From NCBI GenBank assembly GCA_040388375.1, contig JAZKBU010000007.1:86403-150402 (forward strand): DNA of 64,000 bases, given 5' to 3'. This DNA is from Bacteroidota bacterium (lineage in GTDB: Bacteria > Bacteroidota > Bacteroidia > UKL13-3). How positions within the stretch are numbered: the stretch's first letter is position 1; each line of letters begins with the position of its first letter. Position numbers and translations under genes: made by a program. Shown here in pieces: positions 55,806-64,000 of the stretch. The notes beneath the pieces are model-generated. The model ran no database searches and had not been told where the DNA came from. It saw nothing but the letters and a program-made list of their open reading frames with translations.

Positions 55806-55876
55806 GGTTGGTGAGGACACCAACCACGGGCGAAACAGTTTCTTATGCTGTCCTTGGTTGTGTCTCCTGACCAACC
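55806..55876 (+). repeat. Family D short form, copy D2 (inverted REP-like hairpin pair)
   Basis: Left ggttggtg-agga-caccaacc (55806-55825). Right ggttgtgtctcctgaccaacc (55856-55876), which is inverted ggttggtc-agga-gacacaacc. Confidence 0.85.
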
Positions 55877-55885
55877 AACAAAATA

Positions 55886-56305
55886 TTATTGTTTAACCTG
55901 ATGGTTAATCATCCACGTCATTCCGAATTTGTCGGTAAACATACCAAAGTAATCGCCCCAAGGAGCTGTACTCATAGGCATTGTAATTTTACCACCAACG
56001 GAAAGGCTGTTAAATAACTTATCAGCCGTTTCTTTATTATCAGGATGGAATGATAAGGAGAAGTTATTACCGGCCTTAAAAGCTTCGCCCATAAAAGGTA
56101 AATAGTCGTTGCCCATTAGTTTTATATTATCGGGGCCTTCCAGTGCTATATGCATAATTTTGTTCTTGTCCGCGTCCGACATCTGATCTGCATTTGGGGC
56201 GTCACCAAAACGTTGCAGGTTGGTAATGGTTCCATTTAAAGCGGTTTTATAAAAATCAAAAGCTTCTTCGGTGTTTCCATTAAAAGTAATGTAAGCTGTA
56301 ATCAT
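55886..56305 (-). CDS. VOC / glyoxalase-fold protein (PhnB/YjdN-like)
   Basis: Start moved to ATG 56305 (MITAYITFNGNTEEAFDFYKTAL). C-terminus DKFGMTWMIN is typical of this family. Confidence 0.8.
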   Translation of the reverse strand: MITAYITFNGNTEEAFDFYKTALNGTITNLQRFGDAPNADQMSDADKNKIMHIALEGPDNIKLMGNDYLPFMGEAFKAGNNFSLSFHPDNKETADKLFNSLSVGGKITMPMSTAPWGDYFGMFTDKFGMTWMINHQVKQ

Positions 56306-56435
56306 AATTATGGTTTTTAGTTTTTTATGTATGCATAACAAATGTAAACAACGGCTGATAAAAACTATTACATCTTTTTTGTATTTTACTTTGGTTGAAA
56401 ATCCAACCAAAGAATAAAATACCTCTTTCTGTTAG

Positions 56436-57407
56436 CTATTTATTTACCACTTTTGCGGTCTTAAAAAACTGAATCCATTTGTCTTTTAACTCTGCCGGAA
56501 CTGTAGCTTGTTTAACAGCACGGAAGTTTGTGTAAAGCGATGTTTTACCTTGAACAATATACCAAAGTTGTGATTCAGGTGTTTTGTCATTTTTAAAGCC
56601 GGGTGCTTCAATGGTGAAAATTATCCAAGGGTATTCTGCTGATTCGTCCTTTTCAATAAATGTTAGTTTTGCTTTTGATGAGTTTAATTTGGCTTGCTCA
56701 AACATCATATTCATGGCCTTATCCATAGGAATGTTTTTTGCACCTTTAATGGACATCATACTACCAAACTCTGTCCATTTCTCCAATGTTTCGTTTGTAT
56801 GAATTAATTCGAGCATAGCCATTTCATCCGTTTCCTGGCTATTACCTACTTTCCAATTTTCACTTTCAGGCCAGTTCAGCATTAACGATTCTCCCTCTAG
56901 TTGTTCGTTACCACAAAACTGGGCTATATATTTATCTGCCTGTTTATCGCCCATTTCTTTGGCGTAAACAAAATCTTCACAAGCCCCTTTTTTATTACCT
57001 GTTTGCGCACGTATTTGCCCACGCAGGGTTAATGCATTGGGTGTTTTGGCGTCTAATTCAATAGTCTTGTCCAAGTCGGGTAGTGCCTCCGCATACTTTT
57101 GCAGGCTAACAAAAACAGCAGCTCTGCTGTAATAAGCTTCTACAAATTTTGGGTCCAGTTCAATGGTTTTGCTAAAGTCTGCCATGGCCGATTTATAATC
57201 TTTTAAAGCCAGTTCACAATTACCACGATTATAATAAGCGTCTTTGTTTGCTTTATCTTCTTTTATGGACTTGTCGTACTCTTTAATAGCTCCTTTATAG
57301 TCTTGTTGTTTATGTTTTGCAATTCCGTTTTGAAAATGCTCTTGCGAGGTTTGCCCAAAAGCAGCCAAGGTACAAATAAGGGTAAGTGTGGTTAGTATTT
57401 TTTTCAT
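56436..57407 (-). CDS. TPR-repeat protein, secreted, with extra C-terminal domain
   Basis: 323 aa with a signal peptide. At least 4 TPR units (YYNRGNCELALKDYKSAMADFSKTIELDPKF etc.). Confidence 0.8.
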   Translation of the reverse strand: MKKILTTLTLICTLAAFGQTSQEHFQNGIAKHKQQDYKGAIKEYDKSIKEDKANKDAYYNRGNCELALKDYKSAMADFSKTIELDPKFVEAYYSRAAVFVSLQKYAEALPDLDKTIELDAKTPNALTLRGQIRAQTGNKKGACEDFVYAKEMGDKQADKYIAQFCGNEQLEGESLMLNWPESENWKVGNSQETDEMAMLELIHTNETLEKWTEFGSMMSIKGAKNIPMDKAMNMMFEQAKLNSSKAKLTFIEKDESAEYPWIIFTIEAPGFKNDKTPESQLWYIVQGKTSLYTNFRAVKQATVPAELKDKWIQFFKTAKVVNK

Positions 57408-57482
57408 TCTTTATAGTGTTGCTGTTACAGTGTAAGTTCAGAAGTACTTTATAGTCTGTATAAACAAATATAATTGAAAAAC

Positions 57483-57519
57483 TCAAAACAAAAACGGCCA
57501 CCTTTTCAGGCAGCCGTTA
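57483..57519 (-). terminator. Terminator downstream of the SulP gene
   Basis: The minus strand reads aacggctgcc-tgaaaa-ggtggccgtt followed by tttgttttg. Confidence 0.6.
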
Positions 57520-57545
57520 CACATTTAACATTTTAAAGCAAACAA

Positions 57546-58934
57546 TTATGATGTTAATAGATGTGGTTTCTTTCTGAAAATGTATTTAACAACAAAATAG
57601 ATAATTAATGCTGATAATACGCCTGTTAAAAAATCTGTCATTGGCACCATAACAGCGGTATACAACATCATGGAAAATTCAAATTTACCTAAGTGTTTTA
57701 TCTCTTTTATTTCGGATGGTTTAATCATATTACTGGCTACCCATACTAAAATACCACCAATACAAGCCATAGGGATTAACTCTAAGTATTGTGCTAAAAA
57801 GTAGGCCATGGTTAGTTTTAAAATAGCTTTAAAGTATCCGGCTAAAGGTGTTTGTGCACCTGCTTTAATACTTGTTGCAGTACGTGCCAATGCACCTGTA
57901 CACGGAAACCCTTGAACCAATGGAGTAATAATTTGCACCAAGCCTTGTCCAAAAAATTCTTTATCGGGGTTAAAAGGTGTTTTTTTATTGTTGGCTAATT
58001 TGTCTGCCATGGATGAGCATAAAATACTCTCCACTCCGGAAACAAATACGATGGCACATACAAAATATACTATATCTAATAATACACTTGCACTAAACGA
58101 TGGCAACGATGGTGCAGTAAAAACAAAAAAGTTGTTGGGGATTGAACCATATAAATCTTTTACCAATATAATGTTTTTATCAGCAAGCAAAGTAGCAGAT
58201 AGTACGGTTGCAACACCCATTGCAATAACGGGCCCCGGTATAAAAACAGAAATACGTAATAAAACTTTGGTTAACACAAAGGTCATAATGCCTAACAAAA
58301 TAGACCAGCCATTTATTAAATGCATATTAGAAAAAGCGGTTCTTAAATTATGAATAAGTCCGCCTTTTATTTCTTCGTCTTGCCCTAATAAATCTTTGAA
58401 CGATTCAATGCCGAGTATATCTTCTAAATTGGTTAATGCAATGGCAACGGCTATACCAATGGTAAAGCCAACAATAATAGAGTTGGGTACCAGCTTGGCA
58501 AAACGACCAAAACCGTAAATACCCATGATCATTAATATAATACCGGCAATCATGGAAACAAGAATTAAGAAACCATGTGCTGCTTCAAAAGTGCCACCGC
58601 CTGCTACTCCGTATTTGGTAATTAAAGCGGCAATAACGGGAATAAATGCTGCTGTGGGTCCATATACCTGGTACTTTGAGCCACCAAAGGTACGGCCTAT
58701 TACACAGGCTAATGCACCTGCTATAATACCATGTTCGGGGCGCATGCCCATTGCCATGGCAAAACCCATTGCCATAGGTATGGCGGTCATGGCAACAATT
58801 AATCCGGCACTAAAATCTTTGTAAATTGTTTTAGCCCAATTGTCTTTGGTAAGGTCTTCCCATCTTGAATCGAAGAAGGTGAAGAATAGCTTTAAACGGC
58901 TTATTGGTGTTTTTGGAAATGTATTTTTGTTCAT
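57546..58934 (-). CDS. SulP family inorganic anion transporter, no STAS domain
   Basis: 462 aa, ~11 TM helices. YKDFSAGLIVAMTAIPMAMGFAMAMG signature. The protein ends right after the last TM helix. Confidence 0.9.
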   Translation of the reverse strand: MNKNTFPKTPISRLKLFFTFFDSRWEDLTKDNWAKTIYKDFSAGLIVAMTAIPMAMGFAMAMGMRPEHGIIAGALACVIGRTFGGSKYQVYGPTAAFIPVIAALITKYGVAGGGTFEAAHGFLILVSMIAGIILMIMGIYGFGRFAKLVPNSIIVGFTIGIAVAIALTNLEDILGIESFKDLLGQDEEIKGGLIHNLRTAFSNMHLINGWSILLGIMTFVLTKVLLRISVFIPGPVIAMGVATVLSATLLADKNIILVKDLYGSIPNNFFVFTAPSLPSFSASVLLDIVYFVCAIVFVSGVESILCSSMADKLANNKKTPFNPDKEFFGQGLVQIITPLVQGFPCTGALARTATSIKAGAQTPLAGYFKAILKLTMAYFLAQYLELIPMACIGGILVWVASNMIKPSEIKEIKHLGKFEFSMMLYTAVMVPMTDFLTGVLSALIIYFVVKYIFRKKPHLLTS

Positions 58935-58982
58935 GTTTTATAAAATTTAATACAACGTGTGTGAATGAATGGGAAAGGAGGT

Positions 58983-59405
58983 TTACTCCACTTCGGTAAA
59001 GGGGAGTGTTGTTTTGCGTAACAATGGAATAGGGTTAAATGCCTGATTGGGCGTTTTTAATTTGTACGTTTTGGGTACATAAATGGCCTCTATATTGTTT
59101 GCCTTACAAAAGTTATTGAGTGCATTGGTGTTTACGCCATGAAATATCTTGATGTCAATTTTTTCAAGCGAGGCTTCGAACCTGTTTTTGAGTATTTCTA
59201 AAGCCTCTTGAAACTCTGGTGTGTTAAGTGCTGTAATAACTTTTGTATGGGAGTAAAACAATAAGTCTGAAATGGAATCACTGAGGTATTCAGCATACAT
59301 CAACACAACTCTTATGGGGGTGTTTGTATTGTTTTCTAACACCACTTTTAATGTATGCAGGGAGGCGGTTTGAAAATCAATAGGTATTAAAATAGTTTTG
59401 GCCAT
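58983..59405 (-). CDS. Universal-stress-protein-like fold protein (hypothetical)
   Basis: 140 aa. KTILIPIDFQTASLHTLK N-terminus is typical of Usp-fold proteins. No clear ATP-binding G-x2-G-x9-G-S/T motif. Confidence 0.55.
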   Translation of the reverse strand: MAKTILIPIDFQTASLHTLKVVLENNTNTPIRVVLMYAEYLSDSISDLLFYSHTKVITALNTPEFQEALEILKNRFEASLEKIDIKIFHGVNTNALNNFCKANNIEAIYVPKTYKLKTPNQAFNPIPLLRKTTLPFTEVE

Positions 59406-59539
59406 AACTTAAGCATTAAGAAATATGGAGGCAAAGCTATGGTGGCTAAATTAGCAGGGTATAAGGATGAGATTAGAATTTGATAAGAATAAAAATGAAT
59501 CGCTTTTCAAGCGGTTCACTTTAAGGTAACAGATGGTAG

Positions 59540-60913
59540 TTACACAACCATTACCGGAATTTTTATTTGCACAGTTGTTCCTTCATTTTGTACGGAACTA
59601 ACCAGCACTTGCCCTTTGTGTAAGTGAATAATATTACGGGTTAGTGGCAGGCCTATTCCGTAACCTTCAAACAAAGTGGTATTGGATGCCCTGAAAAAGG
59701 GGTCGTAAATAAATGGAATATCGGTTTTAGGAATACCTATTCCGTTGTCCTGAATGCTTACTATAACATATGTATTGCTCGATGCTATTTGTACGGTTAC
59801 AGGTTTGTTGTTAGAGTATTTGCAGGCATTGTTTAGTATATTGGCAAAGGCAAGGTTTAATAGTTGTTTGTTGCCTGCTAACTTTAGCTTGGTAGGGTCT
59901 TCGGGTAGTAAACTTAAATCTACCATAATTTTGTTATTGGGATTCAGTCTGTCTATAATGGCTTTTGTTTCCCAAATAATTTCGTCCATCCTTATTCTTT
60001 CAAACGTAATGGCCTGGCCTTTGTAGCCTGTTTGTGCTAAAAATAAAAGAGATTGGGTAATCTCGTTTAAGCGCTCGGCTTGTTGCAATATGTTTTGAAT
60101 GGCTTTAATATACTCTCCCGGATTTCTTTCTTTTAACAAGGTAACATCGGCCTCGCCAATGATAGCGGTTAATGGCGTGCCTAACTCATGCGATGCATTG
60201 CTGATAAAGTTTTTCTGTGTTTCAAAAGCGGTTTCAACCCTATCGAGCAAACCATTAAAAGTATTGGTAAGTTCACTTATTTCGTTGCTGGTGGCGTAGT
60301 TACTTTCTAAACGCAGGTGAATGTTTTCGGTGCTTATTTGTTTTACCTTATCGGTTATGTTTTTAATGGGGTAAAAAATAGATTTGGAAAAGTAAACGGA
60401 AAAGGCGGCCACAATGAGTATAACCATAGAAATACCGGCAATGAGAATATTGCGGACAAAACTAAGGTGATGGGATACATAATAGTTTTCGGCCGATACA
60501 ATAACGAGGTATTGTTTGTTTAGCTTTTGGTGTTTGGCTCCTGCATATAATATATTGCCTTTTTTCGATTCGGCATTGCCGTTTTTGGTCAATGCTTCTA
60601 TAAAATCAAGCGGAAGTTTATAGGTATCGGCTATATTGTTTAGTGTTGTTTGCGGAAGCAACTCTATGATGTATTCCTGTTCTTTTTCCAGCTTTTCCAG
60701 GTGCTTGGTTCTTAAAGCAATTAAATGGGTATTGTTTAAATCATCCACACTTAAATTGTATTGTGCGGCAATACTCACACGTGCTTGCAGGCGTTTGTAA
60801 AAATCGAGGTACGAAAATTTGTTTAAAGAGTAATAAATGGTTGCACCAAACAGTATAACCAATACAATGCTTATTAACCCTAAAATAATGGCCAGTTTGG
60901 TTTGTGTTTTCAT
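59540..60913 (-). CDS. Sensor histidine kinase (2 TM, HAMP, HisKA, HATPase_c)
   Basis: 457 aa. H-box SHELGTPLTAI, N-box NNACKYS, G-boxes DNGIGIP and GYGIGLPL. Confidence 0.9.
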   Translation of the reverse strand: MKTQTKLAIILGLISIVLVILFGATIYYSLNKFSYLDFYKRLQARVSIAAQYNLSVDDLNNTHLIALRTKHLEKLEKEQEYIIELLPQTTLNNIADTYKLPLDFIEALTKNGNAESKKGNILYAGAKHQKLNKQYLVIVSAENYYVSHHLSFVRNILIAGISMVILIVAAFSVYFSKSIFYPIKNITDKVKQISTENIHLRLESNYATSNEISELTNTFNGLLDRVETAFETQKNFISNASHELGTPLTAIIGEADVTLLKERNPGEYIKAIQNILQQAERLNEITQSLLFLAQTGYKGQAITFERIRMDEIIWETKAIIDRLNPNNKIMVDLSLLPEDPTKLKLAGNKQLLNLAFANILNNACKYSNNKPVTVQIASSNTYVIVSIQDNGIGIPKTDIPFIYDPFFRASNTTLFEGYGIGLPLTRNIIHLHKGQVLVSSVQNEGTTVQIKIPVMVV

Positions 60914-60917
60914 AGGG

Positions 60918-61616
60918 TTATTTTAAAATATAACCCATGCCTACAACGGTATGAATTAATTTAGGTTCGTTATCGGTATCTATTTTTTTGCGCAGGTAGT
61001 TAATGTAAACATCTACCACGTTTGTTTCCATATTAAAATTAATATCCCAGGCACTTTCTAATATATCCATGCGCGATAATACTTTGCCTTTGTTTTTCAT
61101 TAGTACTAAAAGCAAGCGGTATTCGGTGGCGGTTAGTGATATGGCGGTGCCATTGCGCGACACTGTTTTTGCATCATCGTTCACCACCAAATCGCCTACC
61201 ACAAAGGTGTTTTTACTTTTATCGTTAGTGGGTTCATCTGTTTGTGAGGAGCGCCTGAGCAATGCATTGATGCGTGCATTGAGCTCAATAAACTTAAATG
61301 GTTTTACCAGATAATCATCAGCTCCGGTATTTAAGCCCAAGGCTATATTTTCTGAAGTGCCCAGTGCGGTTAAAAATAAAATAGGGGAGCTAATGTTGCG
61401 CAAACGCAACTCTTTGCATACCTCTATGCCATTCTTGTCGGGCAGCATAATGTCCAGTATAATAAGGTCGTAACCCGCATTTGTGGCCATAGCAATAGCC
61501 GTGTTTCCATCCAAAGCAACCGATACTTCATAGCCCACTTCCTCCAGTCCTTTTTTTATAAAAGCAACTACTTTAATTTCATCCTCTACTAAAAGTATTT
61601 TTTTGTTTGTATTCAT
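60918..61616 (-). CDS. OmpR/PhoB-family response regulator
   Basis: 232 aa. Receiver domain (ILLVEDE, LIILDIMLPDKNG, LVKPF) plus winged-helix output domain. Confidence 0.95.
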   Translation of the reverse strand: MNTNKKILLVEDEIKVVAFIKKGLEEVGYEVSVALDGNTAIAMATNAGYDLIILDIMLPDKNGIEVCKELRLRNISSPILFLTALGTSENIALGLNTGADDYLVKPFKFIELNARINALLRRSSQTDEPTNDKSKNTFVVGDLVVNDDAKTVSRNGTAISLTATEYRLLLVLMKNKGKVLSRMDILESAWDINFNMETNVVDVYINYLRKKIDTDNEPKLIHTVVGMGYILK

Positions 61617-61689
61617 TTCTTGCGTGTCAATGGTATGGCTAAAGCAATTTCAATTATAGCAAATAATAGTATTTTATTTAGTAACAAAC

Positions 61690-61790
61690 GTAGAGACGTT
61701 GCATTGCAACGTCTTTAAACAATATTAATTAATCAGTTATAACATCATTAATAATGTAAAACAAAAAGACGTTGCATACAACGTCTCTAC
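61690..61790. repeat. Family F: inverted pair of hairpins; the right one doubles as terminator for 61800..62351
   Basis: gtagagacgttgca-t-tgcaacgtcttt (61690-61716) and aaagacgttg-cata-caacgtctctac (61765-61790). On the minus strand the right hairpin is followed by ttttgtttt. Confidence 0.75.
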
Positions 61791-61799
61791 AAATAGTAT

Positions 61800-62351
61800 T
61801 TAACTAAGTATGTATTCTCCATTGCTATCCTTTTTTAACTTTTGCGGAGTGTAGTTTGGAAACATTTTGTTATCCAGGTAAAAGGAAAGTCCGGCAATGG
61901 TGCTTGCTAAAACTAAGTTAATCATCATATCCGGCCCTCCGTCTGACTTGCTCATGCTTTGTGCAAAACCCACTATGGTCATTATACCACAAAAACGATA
62001 GATGGGTGCGTTGTACCGGGCTACTTCATAGGCAAAATAAGCTGCAAAAAATGGAACAATAAACACCAATAAAAGGGTCCATGCTTGCCCGGTTTGTATA
62101 GTTAAATTAAATACAAGCAGTATGCGCAACACAATGGACAAACCCAATAACCCCAATAATATATTATTGTATAGCTTATATTTCTCTTTGTTCTCTTTGG
62201 TTACTGTTCCGGTAATTAAAAGCGCAATGGCTTTGCTGTCGTAATACTGTTGCACTAATTCATTGTAAATTTCCTGGTCTGTTTTGTTGCTATCCCTGCT
62301 CTCTATAATAAATTGTTGTGCTGCTTTTCTGTCTAGTGATTTTTTACTCAT
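61800..62351 (-). CDS. Hypothetical membrane protein
   Basis: 183 aa. Soluble N-terminus plus 4 TM helices. Confidence 0.65.
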   Translation of the reverse strand: MSKKSLDRKAAQQFIIESRDSNKTDQEIYNELVQQYYDSKAIALLITGTVTKENKEKYKLYNNILLGLLGLSIVLRILLVFNLTIQTGQAWTLLLVFIVPFFAAYFAYEVARYNAPIYRFCGIMTIVGFAQSMSKSDGGPDMMINLVLASTIAGLSFYLDNKMFPNYTPQKLKKDSNGEYILS

Positions 62352-62427
62352 TACTGTTGTTTATTAAATGGACTATGCACCCTGCATAAACAAATGTAAT
62401 TTAAAAATACAAAACTTTTAGAAGTGT

Positions 62428-62604
62428 GGTTGGTAAGGACACCAAGCACGGATAAATGATTCCAAAGGAGTCAAATGTTAATATGAAGGAGGGCACTGCC
62501 TGCCTGTACGACCCCTTCGGGGTCGAATCCCTTTTTTTGTTGGGTATACTATATATATTTGACCTTTTCAAGGTCATGGGTGAGGACACCAACCACGGAC
62601 AAAA
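62428..62604 (+). repeat. Family D long form, copy D3 (REP-like ends plus ~117-nt three-hairpin core with -7 box)
   Basis: Near-identical to 63029-63209. Hairpins gattcc-aaa-ggagtc, gacccc-ttcg-ggggtc, tgacctt-ttc-aaggtca. TATATTTG at 62554-62561. Confidence 0.9.
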
Positions 62605-62625
62605 GTAATTGAGAAAAAAAACAGT

Positions 62626-63012
62626 ATGATTTATAGGTTTTTTATATTAACAATGGTCTTTGTTATAAGTAACTGTAATATCCAGAATAAAAAGCATAGA
62701 CCAATTGTTATCAAAGGATATTATGAAATAGATAGTATCATTATAAGTAAGGATAGTTGTATTCTGGAAGGAATAGTTTTCGATAAGAGGTCAAATGAAA
62801 AATTAAACTATGGAATTGTTTATTTAGATTCTAACAAATATTTAGCTATGGTTGACAGTATTGGCGGGTTTCGCAAACAAGTGAAAGAGGGAAGCCATTC
62901 AATCATAATATCAGCTGTTGGATATAGTAAATTAAAAACAGATACTATAAATTTAAAAAACGGATATAAGTTTTTTATTAAATTTTATCTGGGGACAACA
63001 ATTATAAGATAA
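62626..63012 (+). CDS. Small lipoprotein with carboxypeptidase-regulatory-like domain
   Basis: 128 aa. Lipobox VISNC. GIVFDKRSNEKLNYGIVYLDS...DSIGGFRKQVKEGSHSIIISAVGYSKLK fits the CarboxypepD_reg pattern. Very AT-rich. Confidence 0.7.
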   Translation: MIYRFFILTMVFVISNCNIQNKKHRPIVIKGYYEIDSIIISKDSCILEGIVFDKRSNEKLNYGIVYLDSNKYLAMVDSIGGFRKQVKEGSHSIIISAVGYSKLKTDTINLKNGYKFFIKFYLGTTIIR

Positions 63013-63028
63013 ACAATGAAATGCTTTT

Positions 63029-63209
63029 GGTTGTTAGTACGCACACCAACCACTCACAAGAAAGACTCCAAAGGAGTCAAATGTTAATAAGAAAGGGAGT
63101 ACTGCCTGCCTGTACGACCCCTTCGGGGTCGAATACCTTTTTTGTTGGGTATACTATATATATTTGACCTTTTCAAGGTCATTGGTGCGGATACCAAGCA
63201 CGGATAAAT
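63029..63209 (+). repeat. Family D long form, copy D4
   Basis: Same core as D3 (about 6 substitutions and one T-tract indel by hand alignment). TATATTTG at 63159-63166. Confidence 0.9.
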
Positions 63210-63233
63210 TGACTACTAATTGAGTATAAGAGT

Positions 63234-64000
63234 ATGTATAAAGTATTAATTGTTTTTGTTTTCGTTTTGTTTTGTACAGTTACAAAAAGCCAGGTATTAA
63301 TTTCTGTAAATTCAAAAAAGAAATTAGATACAATAGAAATTCGTATAAATTCAGATGATAGGATTATTCTTCTGGTTGATAGTAATAATAAACTATCAAA
63401 AATACATTCCATTAAATGTAATGAGTTAAATGGATTTCAATATTATCTAAATAAGTATTTTTTAGATTCAATAGTAAAATATTCAAATAATTTACCAACT
63501 AATGAAAAATATATTAGTTCTAGTAATGGGGAATTGAATAAAATATATCAGTCTGATGGCTCTATATTAGACTCCAATAATTTAAAATTACAGTTTCTTC
63601 ATCCACAAAATGGAATCCAACTAAGACCTAAAGGTATTTTAAAATTATACGAATATGATTCATTGGGTAGAATAAGTATCATAAGTGATATAGATAGTAA
63701 CTATAACAAGAATGGTGAAAGTATTAATGTTGATGAAGAGCTTCACATTTCCCAAATTCGCAATTGGCTTAATGACATTTCTATTTTTTTTGATAGTAAT
63801 CGTAGAGGTATTGGTATATATGATTGCGGTATTTCGGGCAAAAGATATAATATATGGATATGGAATAGGTATAATGAATACAGAACCATAAGTGAAATAG
63901 ATATTTATATTACTGATAGAACAACTAATGAAAGGGATAGTAAAACAATTAAGATTAAGAAGAGTGGAAAAGTTAAGGGCTTAAAAAGAAATGCTAATTT
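63234..64000 (+). CDS. Hypothetical secreted protein, partial (continues beyond the right window edge)
   Basis: Absent from the ORF track (no stop in window). My translation from ATG 63234 is MYKVLIVFVFVLFCTVTKSQVLISVNSKKKLDTIEIRINSDDRIILLVDSNNKLSKIHSIKCNELNGFQYYLNKYF...LYEYDSLGRISIISD..., open to position 64000. Has a signal peptide and a YD-like motif. About 25% G+C. Confidence 0.65.
   Translation, partial: MYKVLIVFVFVLFCTVTKSQVLISVNSKKKLDTIEIRINSDDRIILLVDSNNKLSKIHSIKCNELNGFQYYLNKYFLDSIVKYSNNLPTNEKYISSSNGELNKIYQSDGSILDSNNLKLQFLHPQNGIQLRPKGILKLYEYDSLGRISIISDIDSNYNKNGESINVDEELHISQIRNWLNDISIFFDSNRRGIGIYDCGISGKRYNIWIWNRYNEYRTISEIDIYITDRTTNERDSKTIKIKKSGKVKGLKRNAN

Noticed and set aside
62428-63209. 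D3/D4 as terminal repeats of a composite transposon carrying gene 62626..63012.
   Set aside because: The copies are direct rather than inverted, no transposase is present, and no target-site duplication was evident. The cassette-array interpretation fits better but remains unproven.

Overview
This is a 64-kb chromosomal segment of a low-GC, Bacteroidota-type genome. That assignment is inferred from a T9SS type-B C-terminal sorting domain, the FtsX-DUF3098-UppP gene order, TTTG/TAnnTTTG promoter boxes and many lipoproteins. About 62 protein-coding genes sit at high coding density. Housekeeping genes include a Pif1-like helicase (cut by the left edge), UvrD/PcrA, XerD, NadC, TopA, RNase R, FabI, LeuS, FtsX, UppP, PhoH and MetB-Hom. 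Also present are one tRNA-Met(CAT), a SAM-I riboswitch with leader terminator ahead of metB-hom, a 1458-aa T9SS-secreted protein and an OmpR/histidine-kinase pair. Several accessory patches encode small secreted or membrane proteins. I saw no transposase, no integrase other than housekeeping XerD, and no CRISPR, rRNA or prophage. The most unusual content is non-coding: at least six families of short hairpin-forming repeats (called A-F here) fill almost every long intergenic gap, several showing compensatory stem changes. Candidates for something undescribed, in order: (1) an AT-rich cassette array at 62.4-64 kb, punctuated by ~180-bp structured repeats that each place a -7 promoter box ~65 nt upstream of a small secreted-protein gene; it runs off the right edge. 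(2) A ~185-nt promoter-to-terminator structured unit at 18.5 kb (sRNA or MITE). (3) A seven-gene same-strand array of small lipoprotein/membrane genes headed by an Imm32-like gene at 52.6-55.8 kb. (4) A DUF3667 gene split at an 8-nt homopolymer. All calls come from reading motifs by eye; no database search or folding program was run.
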